NCBI GenBank assembly: GCA_964016885.1
Contig: OZ024740.1
Location: 113,274,001 to 113,338,000, forward strand
Direction: 5' to 3'
Length of the DNA: 64,000 nt
From: Eledone cirrhosa
Taxonomy: Eukaryota
Below, piece by piece: positions 63,822-64,000 of this stretch. The translations under genes and the position numbers were made by a program. Each line of letters begins with the position of its first letter. The stretch's first letter is position 1. The notes under the pieces were generated by a model that worked only from the letters and a program-made list of their open reading frames with translations, did no database searches and was not told where the DNA came from.

Positions 63822-63878
<57 letters not shown>

Positions 63879-64000
63879 TTACGTACATGCTTATTTACGT
63901 ACATACACACGATATCTATCTATCTAACTATCTATCCTTCTCTATCTATCTATCTCTCTCTCTATCAGTCGTGTGTCACTTCGCGGAGAAGTTTCCGTTA

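Overview
AT-rich, microsatellite-dense animal DNA with no recognisable host gene; the SINE families and TA/CA content suggest an octopus-like cephalopod (inference). The window is a nest of retroelements. It holds four Penelope-like elements (PLEs): three with a CNCR..CPL..C linker and a GIY-YIG domain, of which 47296-49146 has an uninterrupted RT+endonuclease frame, and one Neptune-like fragment inside ~400-bp inverted repeats. There are also a deleted L1/Tx1 LINE, CR1-like and RLE-type LINE fragments, tRNA-type SINEs, a Tc1/mariner-type MITE and a Helentron/DINE-like element. The main finding is a 466-bp non-coding tandem repeat with a minimal type I hammerhead ribozyme in every unit (22 in two arrays, plus one diverged copy with structure-preserving changes), i.e. 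a retrozyme-like satellite. Its three insertions are head-to-head fold-backs in (TA)n tracts sharing the same two termini, and each array is near-homogeneous with array-specific variants. This fits PLE-driven two-ended, rolling-circle-like retrotransposition of a circular RNA (inference). At least six further intact hammerhead motifs and many small fold-back elements occur. Nearly all other ORFs in the track are microsatellite artefacts. All ribozyme folds were done by eye.
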